A DNA stretch of 64,000 nucleotides from an uncultured Actinomycetota bacterium (GTDB taxonomy: Bacteria; Actinomycetota; Actinomycetes; JAHEKZ01), in assembly GCA_963743915.1 (NCBI GenBank), contig CAVURN010000002.1, positions 512,001-576,000 of the forward strand. Reading direction: 5' to 3'. Within the stretch, counting starts at the first letter, position 1, and each line of letters begins with the position of its first letter. The notes beneath the pieces are model-generated. The model saw nothing but the letters and a program-made list of their open reading frames with translations. It was not told the DNA's origin and did no database searches. A program made the position numbers and the translations under genes. This document shows, piece after piece, positions 54,757-62,794 of this stretch.

Positions 54757-54948
54757 GGCAGCTCCTTCCGTTAATGACGACTGGTCCGACTTCTGACCCT
54801 CCCCCTTCGATGCCCGCACGTCGAGAGGCGGACGCCGCTTGACGTGGGGCCGGGACCGGTCTTCTGGCCCTTGTCCGCAAGCCGGTCGCGGGCTGCACTA
54901 GGAGAAGAGAGATCTGTCGATCCCCCGACGCGACGGTTCCGGGCGGTG

Positions 54949-55086
54949 ATGACCATGCCGAACGCCATCTACCCACCCCACTGGCACAAGGTGCCGCCTC
55001 CGGTCCATCCCGTGGACCGCTGGGTCGTGGTGCTGCTCCTGGTCGTGCTCTTCCTCGCCGTTCTGATGGTCGTCGGCGTCGGCTGA
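54949..55086 (+). CDS. Putative small single-pass membrane protein (~45 aa)
   Basis: MTMPNAIYPPHWHKVPPPVHPVDR followed by a 20-residue hydrophobic stretch. Confidence 0.4.
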   Translation: MTMPNAIYPPHWHKVPPPVHPVDRWVVVLLLVVLFLAVLMVVGVG

Positions 55087-55106
55087 GCCGAGAGCCTCCC
55101 TCGAGA

Positions 55107-55149
55107 ATAGTCAATCTAGTTGACTATCTTGCACTCGGCGCTCTACGGT
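55107..55149 (+). promoter_or_regulatory. Promoter TTGACT-N18-TACGGT with overlapping palindromic operator (probable MarR site)
   Basis: ATAGTCAA-tctag-TTGACTAT (55107-55127) overlaps the -35 of the cupin-MarR operon. Confidence 0.7.
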
Positions 55150-55184
55150 GACGGTCCATCATCAGGACCAACAGGGAGCAGTCC

Positions 55185-55559
55185 ATGACCATCCTGCGCG
55201 TGCCTTCCGAGCCAACCCACGAAGTGGGCGCAACCCGGTTCACCTCCCTCGTCACTCCGAGCCGGGGCGCTGCCGAGACGTCCATCTGGTACGTCGAGAT
55301 GCCCGCCGGCACCACCGCGACGCCACACTCGCTCACGCGGGAGGAGGTGTTCGTGGTGCTCGAAGGTGTGGCCACGGTCAGCATCGACGGTCGCGGTGGC
55401 CAAGCCTTCGCGGGCGACGCGATCGTCGTGCCCTCCGGCGCAACGCTGGAGCTGTCGAACCTCAGCAGCGACCCGGTCCGACTCATGTGCTGCCTGCCGG
55501 TCGGGGGCCAGGCATGCACTCCCGGTCGCCCACCGTTCGTCCCGCCGTGGGCGATGTGA
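55185..55559 (+). CDS. Cupin-domain protein
   Basis: PHSLTREEVFVVLEG, GDAIVVP, CCLPVGG, PPW. Confidence 0.85.
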   Translation: MTILRVPSEPTHEVGATRFTSLVTPSRGAAETSIWYVEMPAGTTATPHSLTREEVFVVLEGVATVSIDGRGGQAFAGDAIVVPSGATLELSNLSSDPVRLMCCLPVGGQACTPGRPPFVPPWAM

Positions 55560-56023
55560 GTCAGGACCAGGAGGCACCAGCGCTTGCTCGGCTGTTCGCC
55601 ATGGCCTTCCGCGACCTCATCGACGACCTGCACGAGCGGCTCGTCCAGAGCGGTTGGCAGGACGTGCGGTCGCCCTACGGGTTCGTGCTGCTCGCGGCGC
55701 GCGATCGACCGACCACCGTCGCGGAACTGACGACGCTGTTGGGCATCAGCAAGCAGGCCACGTCCCAGCTCGTGGACGCGATGTGCCGATCGGGTTACGT
55801 CCGACGGGAGCCGTCCGCGACCGATGGTCGGCAGCGTCCCGTGGTCATGACGGAACGGGGTCAGGAGCTGCTCAGGGCGGTGGAGCGCATCTACCGCGAT
55901 CTGGACGACGAATGGGCGGACGTCATCGGTCGGAAGGCGCTGGACGGGATGCGACGGAGCCTCACCCGGGTGCTGCTCGCCCGCAATGACGGTCGGCTAC
56001 CCCCGGTGCGCCCCGGCTGGTAG
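55556..56023 (+). CDS. MarR-family transcriptional regulator
   Basis: TVAELTTLLGISKQATSQLVD, GYVRR, DGRQR..TERG; GTGA overlap. Confidence 0.88.
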   Translation: MSQDQEAPALARLFAMAFRDLIDDLHERLVQSGWQDVRSPYGFVLLAARDRPTTVAELTTLLGISKQATSQLVDAMCRSGYVRREPSATDGRQRPVVMTERGQELLRAVERIYRDLDDEWADVIGRKALDGMRRSLTRVLLARNDGRLPPVRPGW

Positions 56024-56031
56024 CGGTCGAC

Positions 56032-57633
56032 TCAGCTCTCGCCCACTCCGTCCAGCCAGGTGCCGAGCACGGCGACGTCGGCCAGCTCCTCCGCGGGAAC
56101 GCTCCGCAGGTCCGACGCGAGCCAGGTCAGGTCAGCTGCCTTCCCCGCTTCCAGTGACCCGATCCTGTGCTCCAACCCGACGGCGAAGGCTGCGTCCACC
56201 GTGTGCGCGTACAACGCCTCCTCCAGTGTCATCCGGTGATGCTCTCCCAGGACGCGGCCGCCCATCGTCCGTCGCATCAGAGCGTTCGCGATGGTCGTGA
56301 GCGGGCGGTAGCTCGCGACGTCGGAGTCGCTGCTGATCACCACGCGCACCCCGGCGTCCAGCTCGGCGCGCCAGGGCTGCAGCTCGTGCGCCAGCTCCCC
56401 GAGCGAGTCCCGGTACTCGTCGCCGAAGTCGTGCAGGTACGAGGGCTGCTGGACGGCGATGACGTCGAGAGCCTTCATCCGCTCGACACCTCGTGACAGC
56501 GGCAGGCCGGCATGCTCGATGCGAGGACGCGCGTCCGCGCGCGGCCGGAACCTCGCGGCCGCCTCGAAGCCGTCGAGGACTGCGGCGATCGCCTCGTCAC
56601 CCTGGGCGTGGACCGCGACGCGCCAGCCTGCCCCCCACGCGCACTCGATGAGGCCGGCGAGCTGCTCCGGTGCGTGGAAGTACGACCCGCTCTGCCCGAT
56701 GACACCCAGCGCTTCGCTGAAGGCCGCGGTGCCACCGGTCAGGCTGCCGTCGGCGTAGACCTTCAGGTGTCCGAGGGACAGATGGTCGTCGCCGAAGGGA
56801 CCGACGATGCCGAGCGAGTGATAGTCGTCGAGCTGGTGCGAGAGCGGCATGCAGACGGTGCGAACCCCCAGCTCTCCCCGTTCCCGCGCCGCCCGGTAGC
56901 CACGCATCTCGCGTGACGTCACCTGGGCGTCGGCGACGCACGTCAGACCCGCGGCGCGGAAGGCGCGTGACGCCCGACCGACGGCGGCCACGAGGTCGTC
57001 GAGGCTGGCGGCCGAGTGGAAGTTGGGCCCGTGCGTCCCGATGTCGACCTCGGTGGGGACGACGGCGCCGCAGGCGGCGTCGAGGCACAGGCCCGTCAGC
57101 CGACCCTCGTCATCGCGGACGAACCGCCCACCCGGGGGGTCCGGTGTCCGGTCGTCCACGCCGGAGCGGTGCAGCACCAGCGAGTTGACCAGCACGTTGT
57201 GACCCGACGTGTGGAAGAGCTGGAGCGGGTGGTCGCCAGCCGCGGCGTCCAGCTCCGCGAGCGTGGGCAGGGCGTACTTCGCGTTGTCGAAACCGAACCC
57301 CGCGATCGTCTCACCGGTCGGTGTCCGGGTGCAGGCATCGGCAACGACGCGCAGCAGGTCCGCCGCGGACGACACCCCCGGGTAGCGCAGGTCCAACGAG
57401 GCCAGCGACTCCCCCGTCGACAGGAAGTGGTTGTGCGCGTCGATGAGACCCGGCAGCAGCATCCCTCCGGTCAGGTCTTCGTCGACCGCATCCGGCCAAG
57501 CGTCCCGCAGCTCACGGAGGTCGCCCACGCCGACGATGTCCGCACCACGGACGGCCACCGCCTCCGCCCACGGGGCGTTCCGCACACCGGTGAAGACCGC
57601 GGCACCGCCGAGGATGCGTGTGCGCTCGTCCAT
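56032..57633 (-). CDS. Amidohydrolase 3 family (YtcJ-like)
   Basis: PGLIDAHNH, KVYADGS, VHAQGD, RIEHA, SSD, GSLEAGKAADL. Confidence 0.9.
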   Translation of the reverse strand: MDERTRILGGAAVFTGVRNAPWAEAVAVRGADIVGVGDLRELRDAWPDAVDEDLTGGMLLPGLIDAHNHFLSTGESLASLDLRYPGVSSAADLLRVVADACTRTPTGETIAGFGFDNAKYALPTLAELDAAAGDHPLQLFHTSGHNVLVNSLVLHRSGVDDRTPDPPGGRFVRDDEGRLTGLCLDAACGAVVPTEVDIGTHGPNFHSAASLDDLVAAVGRASRAFRAAGLTCVADAQVTSREMRGYRAARERGELGVRTVCMPLSHQLDDYHSLGIVGPFGDDHLSLGHLKVYADGSLTGGTAAFSEALGVIGQSGSYFHAPEQLAGLIECAWGAGWRVAVHAQGDEAIAAVLDGFEAAARFRPRADARPRIEHAGLPLSRGVERMKALDVIAVQQPSYLHDFGDEYRDSLGELAHELQPWRAELDAGVRVVISSDSDVASYRPLTTIANALMRRTMGGRVLGEHHRMTLEEALYAHTVDAAFAVGLEHRIGSLEAGKAADLTWLASDLRSVPAEELADVAVLGTWLDGVGES

Positions 57634-57686
57634 GTGCGCATCATGCCGGACCCCAGCAGGCACACAGGCGCACCTAGGGTGTCCAG

Positions 57687-58394
57687 ATGCTCCCGTCGCT
57701 GCGCCGTTGGCTGGCGCCCGCGCGCACGGTGCCGGTCACGCGATGGCGCGCCGACAGCCGCTGGAGGTCATCCCCCACGACGCTGCTGATCCTTGTCGTC
57801 GGGCTCTGGCTGTTCGGCGTGGGAGAGGCGTTGCTGGTGGATGCCTCGCTCGGCGTCTCGCCGTGGACGGTCCTGGCCCAGGGCCTGGATGCACAGAGCG
57901 GTATCGGCATCGGGTGGGCCACGTTCGCCACAAGCATGGTCGTGCTGCTGCTCTGGATCCCGCTCCGCGAGCGTCCGGGACTCGGCACGATCCTCAACGC
58001 CGTCATCATTGCGCTCGCCCTCGGCGTCACCGCGCCGCTGCTGCCGTCACCGGAGCACGTCGGCTGGCAGTCCGCAGAGATGCTGGGTGGGATCGCATTG
58101 ATCGGTCTCGGCAGCGGTCTCTACCTCACGTGCGGGCTCGGCCCGGGGCCGCGCGACGGCTGGATGACCGGACTCCACCACCGCAGCGGGATCCCGGTCG
58201 TGGCGGTCCGCGTGGCGATCGAGGTCACGGTGCTGGCGGTCGGCTGGCTGCTCGGCGGGACCGTGGGCGTCGGAACTGTCGCCTTCGCGCTCCTGATCGG
58301 ACCGTCGGTCGGGTACGGGCTGCGACTCGCCGGCGCGGTCGGAGGCACCGGCCGCTCGATCGTCAGCGAGGACGACCCCGCCACGGACGCCTAG
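57687..58394 (+). CDS. YczE/YitT-like membrane protein
   Basis: LGVSPW, ERPGLGTILN, LGPGPRDG, GGTVGVGT. Confidence 0.88.
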   Translation: MLPSLRRWLAPARTVPVTRWRADSRWRSSPTTLLILVVGLWLFGVGEALLVDASLGVSPWTVLAQGLDAQSGIGIGWATFATSMVVLLLWIPLRERPGLGTILNAVIIALALGVTAPLLPSPEHVGWQSAEMLGGIALIGLGSGLYLTCGLGPGPRDGWMTGLHHRSGIPVVAVRVAIEVTVLAVGWLLGGTVGVGTVAFALLIGPSVGYGLRLAGAVGGTGRSIVSEDDPATDA

Positions 58395-58426
58395 AGCGTT
58401 CTCAGCGAACCCACGACCCGAGTTGG

Positions 58427-58450
58427 TCATATACCCCCTGGGGTATATGA
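58427..58450. promoter_or_regulatory. CsoR/RicR/CstR-type operator overlapping the -10 of the rhodanese gene
   Basis: TCATATACCCC-ct-GGGGTATATGA inverted repeat with C/G tracts; -10 TATGAT at 58446-58451, ATG 6 nt later. Confidence 0.75.
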
Positions 58451-58457
58451 TCGCCGC

Positions 58458-58874
58458 ATGACTCAACGCCTCTTGACCCGCCCGGCCCGCTGGGCTGCTG
58501 CGCCCCTGCTCGCCGCTGGTCTCCTTCTCGCCGGATGTGGCGGTGGCAGTGCCGAGGTCACCGGTGTCGACCCTGCCGCGGCCGCCGAGATCGTCTCCTC
58601 CGGGGACGCGCTGGTCCTCGACGTCCGGACACCGGCGGAGTTCGCCGCAGGTCACCTGCCCGGCGCCGTCAACATCGATGTGGAGTCGAGCGACTTCGCC
58701 GACCGGGTCTCCGGACTCGACGAGGGTGAGCCGACGCTCGTCTACTGCCAGACCGGGAACCGCTCCGGGGTGGCGACCGAGAAGATGGCCGACCTGGGTT
58801 TCACCGAGCTCTCCGAGCTCGAGGGTGGCATCGAGGCGTGGGCCGCCGCCGATGGGCAGGTCGTCCAGCAGTAG
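58458..58874 (+). CDS. Rhodanese-domain lipoprotein
   Basis: Lipobox LAGC; LDVRTPAEF..GHLPGA, active-site YCQTGNRS, LEGGIEAW. Confidence 0.9.
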   Translation: MTQRLLTRPARWAAAPLLAAGLLLAGCGGGSAEVTGVDPAAAAEIVSSGDALVLDVRTPAEFAAGHLPGAVNIDVESSDFADRVSGLDEGEPTLVYCQTGNRSGVATEKMADLGFTELSELEGGIEAWAAADGQVVQQ

Positions 58875-58875
58875 C

Positions 58876-59772
58876 TCAGCCGGACCGACTGCCGGACCGG
58901 AGCGCCGCGAGCAGGACGGCGGCTGCCGGCGGAGATGACGGTCCGAACCACACGAAACGCACCGACCGCCGCAGCTGGGCGCCCGCCAGTGGTCGCACCA
59001 CGACCCCCTCGCGCTCGACCAAAGCCATCTGGGGAACCAGCGCCACGCCCACCCCGGCCGCGACGAACCCGAACATGACGTCGTAGTCGTCGGTGCGCAG
59101 CACCGGTCTGGGGCTGAAGCCCTCGGTCGAGCAGGCTGCCCGCAGCGCGGCGTCCCCCGGCTCGTCGGGGTCGCGCGACATGATCCACCCGGCGTCCGCC
59201 AGCTGCCCGATCGGAACCGCACGTCGCTCGGCCAGCGGGTGGGACGCAGGTAGCACGACCCGGAACGGGTCGTCGAACAGCGTCACCTCCTCGAGCTCGT
59301 CGAGCGGATGGACCGGCGCGTCCGGGTCGTCGTAGATCAGCGCGCAGTGGAGCTGACGGGCGTGCAGGCGCTCGAGCAGCTCGGGCGGTTCCGCCTCGTA
59401 CAGCTCGACCTGGACCGCGGTGCGGACCTGCAGGGCCGCCACGGCACGAGGCAGCACATGCGCCCCTGCGGTCGGGAAGGTCCCGATGCGCAGCGTCGCC
59501 ACCCCGTGCCGGGCCAGCGCTCTCACCTCGGCCTCCGCCGACGCCAACCGGTCGAGCACCGCCTCGGCGTGCTCGAGGAAGAGCTCTCCGAGGTCGGTGA
59601 GGGCTGCGCCTCTGGTCGACCGGGACACCAGCGCGACTCCGAGGTGCGACTCCAGGGCAGCCAGGTGGTGCGCCACCGTCGGCTGGCTGTGGTGCAGCGA
59701 CCGCGCGGCTCCCGCGAGCGACCCTTCGCGGGCGACCGCCCGCAGGACGGTCAGCTGGCGCAGTTCGAGCAC
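58876..59772 (-). CDS. LysR-family transcriptional regulator
   Basis: GSLAGAARSLHHSQPTV..LE..G..L..R..LT..G HTH; divergent from decarboxylase. Confidence 0.92.
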   Translation of the reverse strand: MLELRQLTVLRAVAREGSLAGAARSLHHSQPTVAHHLAALESHLGVALVSRSTRGAALTDLGELFLEHAEAVLDRLASAEAEVRALARHGVATLRIGTFPTAGAHVLPRAVAALQVRTAVQVELYEAEPPELLERLHARQLHCALIYDDPDAPVHPLDELEEVTLFDDPFRVVLPASHPLAERRAVPIGQLADAGWIMSRDPDEPGDAALRAACSTEGFSPRPVLRTDDYDVMFGFVAAGVGVALVPQMALVEREGVVVRPLAGAQLRRSVRFVWFGPSSPPAAAVLLAALRSGSRSG

Positions 59773-59856
59773 CCGAGCAGTCTACATACTGACTATGGAG
59801 CCGATACAGGGAGTTGACCCCTTCTCTTTGTTACCGGGCTCCTCCACCCTGAGACC

Positions 59857-61344
59857 GTGACTCCCCACGATGCGCTCGCCGCTGCCCTGCCCGGACTCGA
59901 CCAGACCGCCACGCCCTACGCCGACGCGCTGGCTGCCTACGCGGACGCCGACATGCTCCGGCTCGATGTGCCGGGCCACCAGGCGTCCACCCATGCCCAG
60001 CCGGGACTCGCCGACTTCCTCGGCCTGCGCACCCTCGAGCTCGACGTGCCTCCCCTGACGCACGGCGTCGACCACGGTGACGTGCCGACGCCGCTCGGCC
60101 AGGCGGCTTACCTCGCCGCACAGGCATGGGGGGCGCGCCGCACCTGGTTCCTCACGAATGGCGCCAGCAAGGGCAACCTCGTCGCCTGCCTCGCCCTGCG
60201 CGGCCTCGGCGACCGCGTCGCGCTCCAGCGCTCGGTGCACTCGTCGGTGGTTGACGGGCTCGCTCTCGCCGGCCTCGACGCCACCTTCCTCTACCCCAGC
60301 GTCGATGCCGAGCACGGCATCGCCCACGGCGTCACACCTGAGGCGCTCGAGGCGACCCTGACGGCGAACCCGGATGTCGTCGCGGCCTACGTCGTGACGC
60401 CCTCGTACTTCGGCGCCGTCGCCGACGTGGCCGGGCTCGCTCGCGTCGCCCACGGCCACGGTGTGCCACTGGTCGTCGACGAGGCGTGGGGGTCGCACTT
60501 CGGGTTCCACCCTGACCTTCCTGTCAACGCGTTGCGACTCGGCGCGGACCTCGTCATCTCGTCCACCCACAAGCTGGCCGGCTCCCTCACCCAGTCGGCG
60601 ATGCTCCACCTGGGCCACGGCGACTTCGCCGACGGGCTCGAGCCGCTGCTCGACCGGGCGTTCCGCTCCATGCAGTCGACGTCGGCGTCCGCGCTGCTCA
60701 TGGCCTCGCTCGACCACGCCCGCAGGCAGCTGGCGGTCAACGGTGTCACCACGATCGGGGCAAGCCTCGACGCCGTGGCAAAGATCCGTGGCCGGATCGA
60801 GGCGGAGGGACGCTTCACCACCGTCGACGCGCGCATGCTCGCCTTTGACGACGTCATCGCGATCGACCCGCTGCGCGTGGTCATCGACACCCGCAGTGGC
60901 GGGATCAGCGGGCACGAGGCGCGCCACCTGCTCTTCGAGGAGCACCGCATCCACCTCGAGATGTCGACGGACTCGGTGGTCGTCGCCGTCATCGGTGCCG
61001 GCGCAGTTCCCGACGTCGACCGGTTGATCGACGCGCTGCACTCACTGCCGCACGTCGACAACGAGGCGTCGGCGACGATCGAGCTGCCCGCCCCTGGCCC
61101 CCGTGCGACCAGCGTCCGGGAAGCCACCTTCACCGCCACCGAGATCGTCCCCGCCACGGAGGCCATCGGACGCGTCTCAGCCGACACGGTCGCCGCGTAC
61201 CCTCCGGGGATCCCGAATCTGATGCCGGGCGAGGTCGTCACCGCCGAGGTCGTGGACTTCCTGCAGCAGACCGCCGCCGCCCCGTTCGGACACGTCCGCG
61301 GCGCCCTGGCCAAGGACATGAGCCTGCTCCGCGTCGTCAGGTAA
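59857..61344 (+). CDS. PLP-dependent Orn/Lys/Arg decarboxylase (fold type I)
   Basis: VPGH, LTNGAS, VHSS, VDEAWGSH, SSTHK (PLP Lys), STS, DPLR, YPPGIP..PGE. Confidence 0.9.
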   Translation: MTPHDALAAALPGLDQTATPYADALAAYADADMLRLDVPGHQASTHAQPGLADFLGLRTLELDVPPLTHGVDHGDVPTPLGQAAYLAAQAWGARRTWFLTNGASKGNLVACLALRGLGDRVALQRSVHSSVVDGLALAGLDATFLYPSVDAEHGIAHGVTPEALEATLTANPDVVAAYVVTPSYFGAVADVAGLARVAHGHGVPLVVDEAWGSHFGFHPDLPVNALRLGADLVISSTHKLAGSLTQSAMLHLGHGDFADGLEPLLDRAFRSMQSTSASALLMASLDHARRQLAVNGVTTIGASLDAVAKIRGRIEAEGRFTTVDARMLAFDDVIAIDPLRVVIDTRSGGISGHEARHLLFEEHRIHLEMSTDSVVVAVIGAGAVPDVDRLIDALHSLPHVDNEASATIELPAPGPRATSVREATFTATEIVPATEAIGRVSADTVAAYPPGIPNLMPGEVVTAEVVDFLQQTAAAPFGHVRGALAKDMSLLRVVR

Positions 61345-61426
61345 TAGGCACGTAGGTCACGCGCGGTCGCAGTTGTCGTCAGCCGGTAGGCACGGAGGTC
61401 ACGCGCGGTCGCTCTTGTCCGTCAGC
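61333..61426. repeat. ~42 bp tandem duplication spanning the junction of convergent genes
   Basis: taggcacgtaggtcacgcgcggtcgcagttgtcgtcagc (61345-61383) vs taggcacggaggtcacgcgcggtcgctcttgtccgtcagc (61387-61426). Confidence 0.75.
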
Positions 61427-62493
61427 GCTGTCCAGAACCCGTCCCGCACCTCGTGCTTGGCCCGCTCGTCGTGCCAGGTGTCGATGCCACGAACGTCGGC
61501 GTAGCTGAGCAGCTCGGCGTCCATCCGCCGCGGGATCAACGGCTTGGATGCCAGCAGGACCGCCCGCATCTCATCGGTGGAGCGGATCCGCCAACGCGCG
61601 CCGTACATGCGACCTGCGGCACGGGCGTCCACCTCGACGCCGCGGTCCTCAGCCTCGTCGCGCGCCCGTTCCTCACGCGTCGAGACGTCGGACAGACGGA
61701 GCAGCCGATCCTCGTCCCGCCCGTGGACATAGCCGGACCGGCTTCCCGACGACGTGAAGAGCAGGCGAGACGGCTCGGGCTTGAGGGGCATCGGCGCGGC
61801 GCGGCGGCGGGCTGCGAGGTCGGCCGGACTGGGGGCCGGCGCATTGCCGATCACCTCCTCGACCGGCTCTGGCTCTCCCTGCTCACCCCGAGCGGCGGCT
61901 GCCGCCACCTCAGCCACGCCGGCGGCGAGCTCGGCCGGGTCAGGCAGGACGGTGTGGACGGCGCGCAGGAAGTCGGCGTCGAGCACGCGCCGTCGGTCCG
62001 CCGCCATGATCAGCTCCAGTGACTGGTTGGAGCTCTCCGGCGGACTCTCGACCCCCCACAGGTGCAACCTGACCCCGTACTTCTGCACCTCCTCGACGGC
62101 GCGCAACAGATCCTCGTCGCCGGTGAGCAGCACGAAGTCCGCGGCTGCTTTGTTGCGCGCGAGCTCGGTCATGTCGGCGTGCAGGTCGGCGTCGACGCCC
62201 TTCTGCGCCCGTCGTCCTCCGTCACGCTCGCGCAGGTTCCCGAGGCGCAGCTTGACGTCGGCCAGCCGCCCAAGGTCGCGCTGGTCGGGGAACGGCACCC
62301 GGTTCGGAGCAGCGTCGTACCAGTAGATCCGCAGCAACGGCAGTCCGGTGTCCTTGACGGCCAGGTCGGCCAGCGCCTCGACGAGCTGTGCACGGTCGGC
62401 CCGCACCCTTCGGCCGGGGGCCCCCGCGGTGAGCAACGCCTTGGTGCTCTCCCCCAGATACCCCGCGTCGACGAAGACGGCGCATCGGTCCAT
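61399..62493 (-). CDS. NYN-domain (PIN-like) protein
   Basis: AVFVDAGY, RIYWYDA, QKGVD, LLTGDEDL, GVRLHLWG, NQS..L..AD; C-terminal R.GFW. Confidence 0.88.
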   Translation of the reverse strand: MDRCAVFVDAGYLGESTKALLTAGAPGRRVRADRAQLVEALADLAVKDTGLPLLRIYWYDAAPNRVPFPDQRDLGRLADVKLRLGNLRERDGGRRAQKGVDADLHADMTELARNKAAADFVLLTGDEDLLRAVEEVQKYGVRLHLWGVESPPESSNQSLELIMAADRRRVLDADFLRAVHTVLPDPAELAAGVAEVAAAAARGEQGEPEPVEEVIGNAPAPSPADLAARRRAAPMPLKPEPSRLLFTSSGSRSGYVHGRDEDRLLRLSDVSTREERARDEAEDRGVEVDARAAGRMYGARWRIRSTDEMRAVLLASKPLIPRRMDAELLSYADVRGIDTWHDERAKHEVRDGFWTALTDKSDRA

Positions 62494-62602
62494 GGCCCAA
62501 GAGTGCCAGCCGCCCGACCGTGGCGCGACCAGTGGGCGCAGCACCGACACGCATGGGCGAACGGCCCTTGACGCCTCCGGACGCGGTAGGGATGCTCAGG
62601 CC

Positions 62603-62788
62603 ATGAGTGACGAGACCGCTGGTGCCCCCGAGGACGTCAAGGCCAAGTTCCGCGAGGCGCTCGAGCGCAAGAAGCATCAGAGCCATGACGACGTCGATGA
62701 CGCCACGCACGGCGAGGACGTGCACGGAGTGACCGACACCCACGCGCACGGCGTCAAGCGTGACTTCCGTCGCAAGGACATGGGGTGA
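62603..62788 (+). CDS. DUF5302-like small protein
   Basis: KAKFREALERKK..H..KRDFRRK. Confidence 0.78.
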   Translation: MSDETAGAPEDVKAKFREALERKKHQSHDDVDDATHGEDVHGVTDTHAHGVKRDFRRKDMG

Positions 62789-62794
62789 GACCGG

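Noticed and set aside
61399-62493. NYN nuclease as an anti-phage defence or toxin gene
   Set aside because: Solitary, resembles the common housekeeping-type actinobacterial NYN family; no partner or defence-island context.
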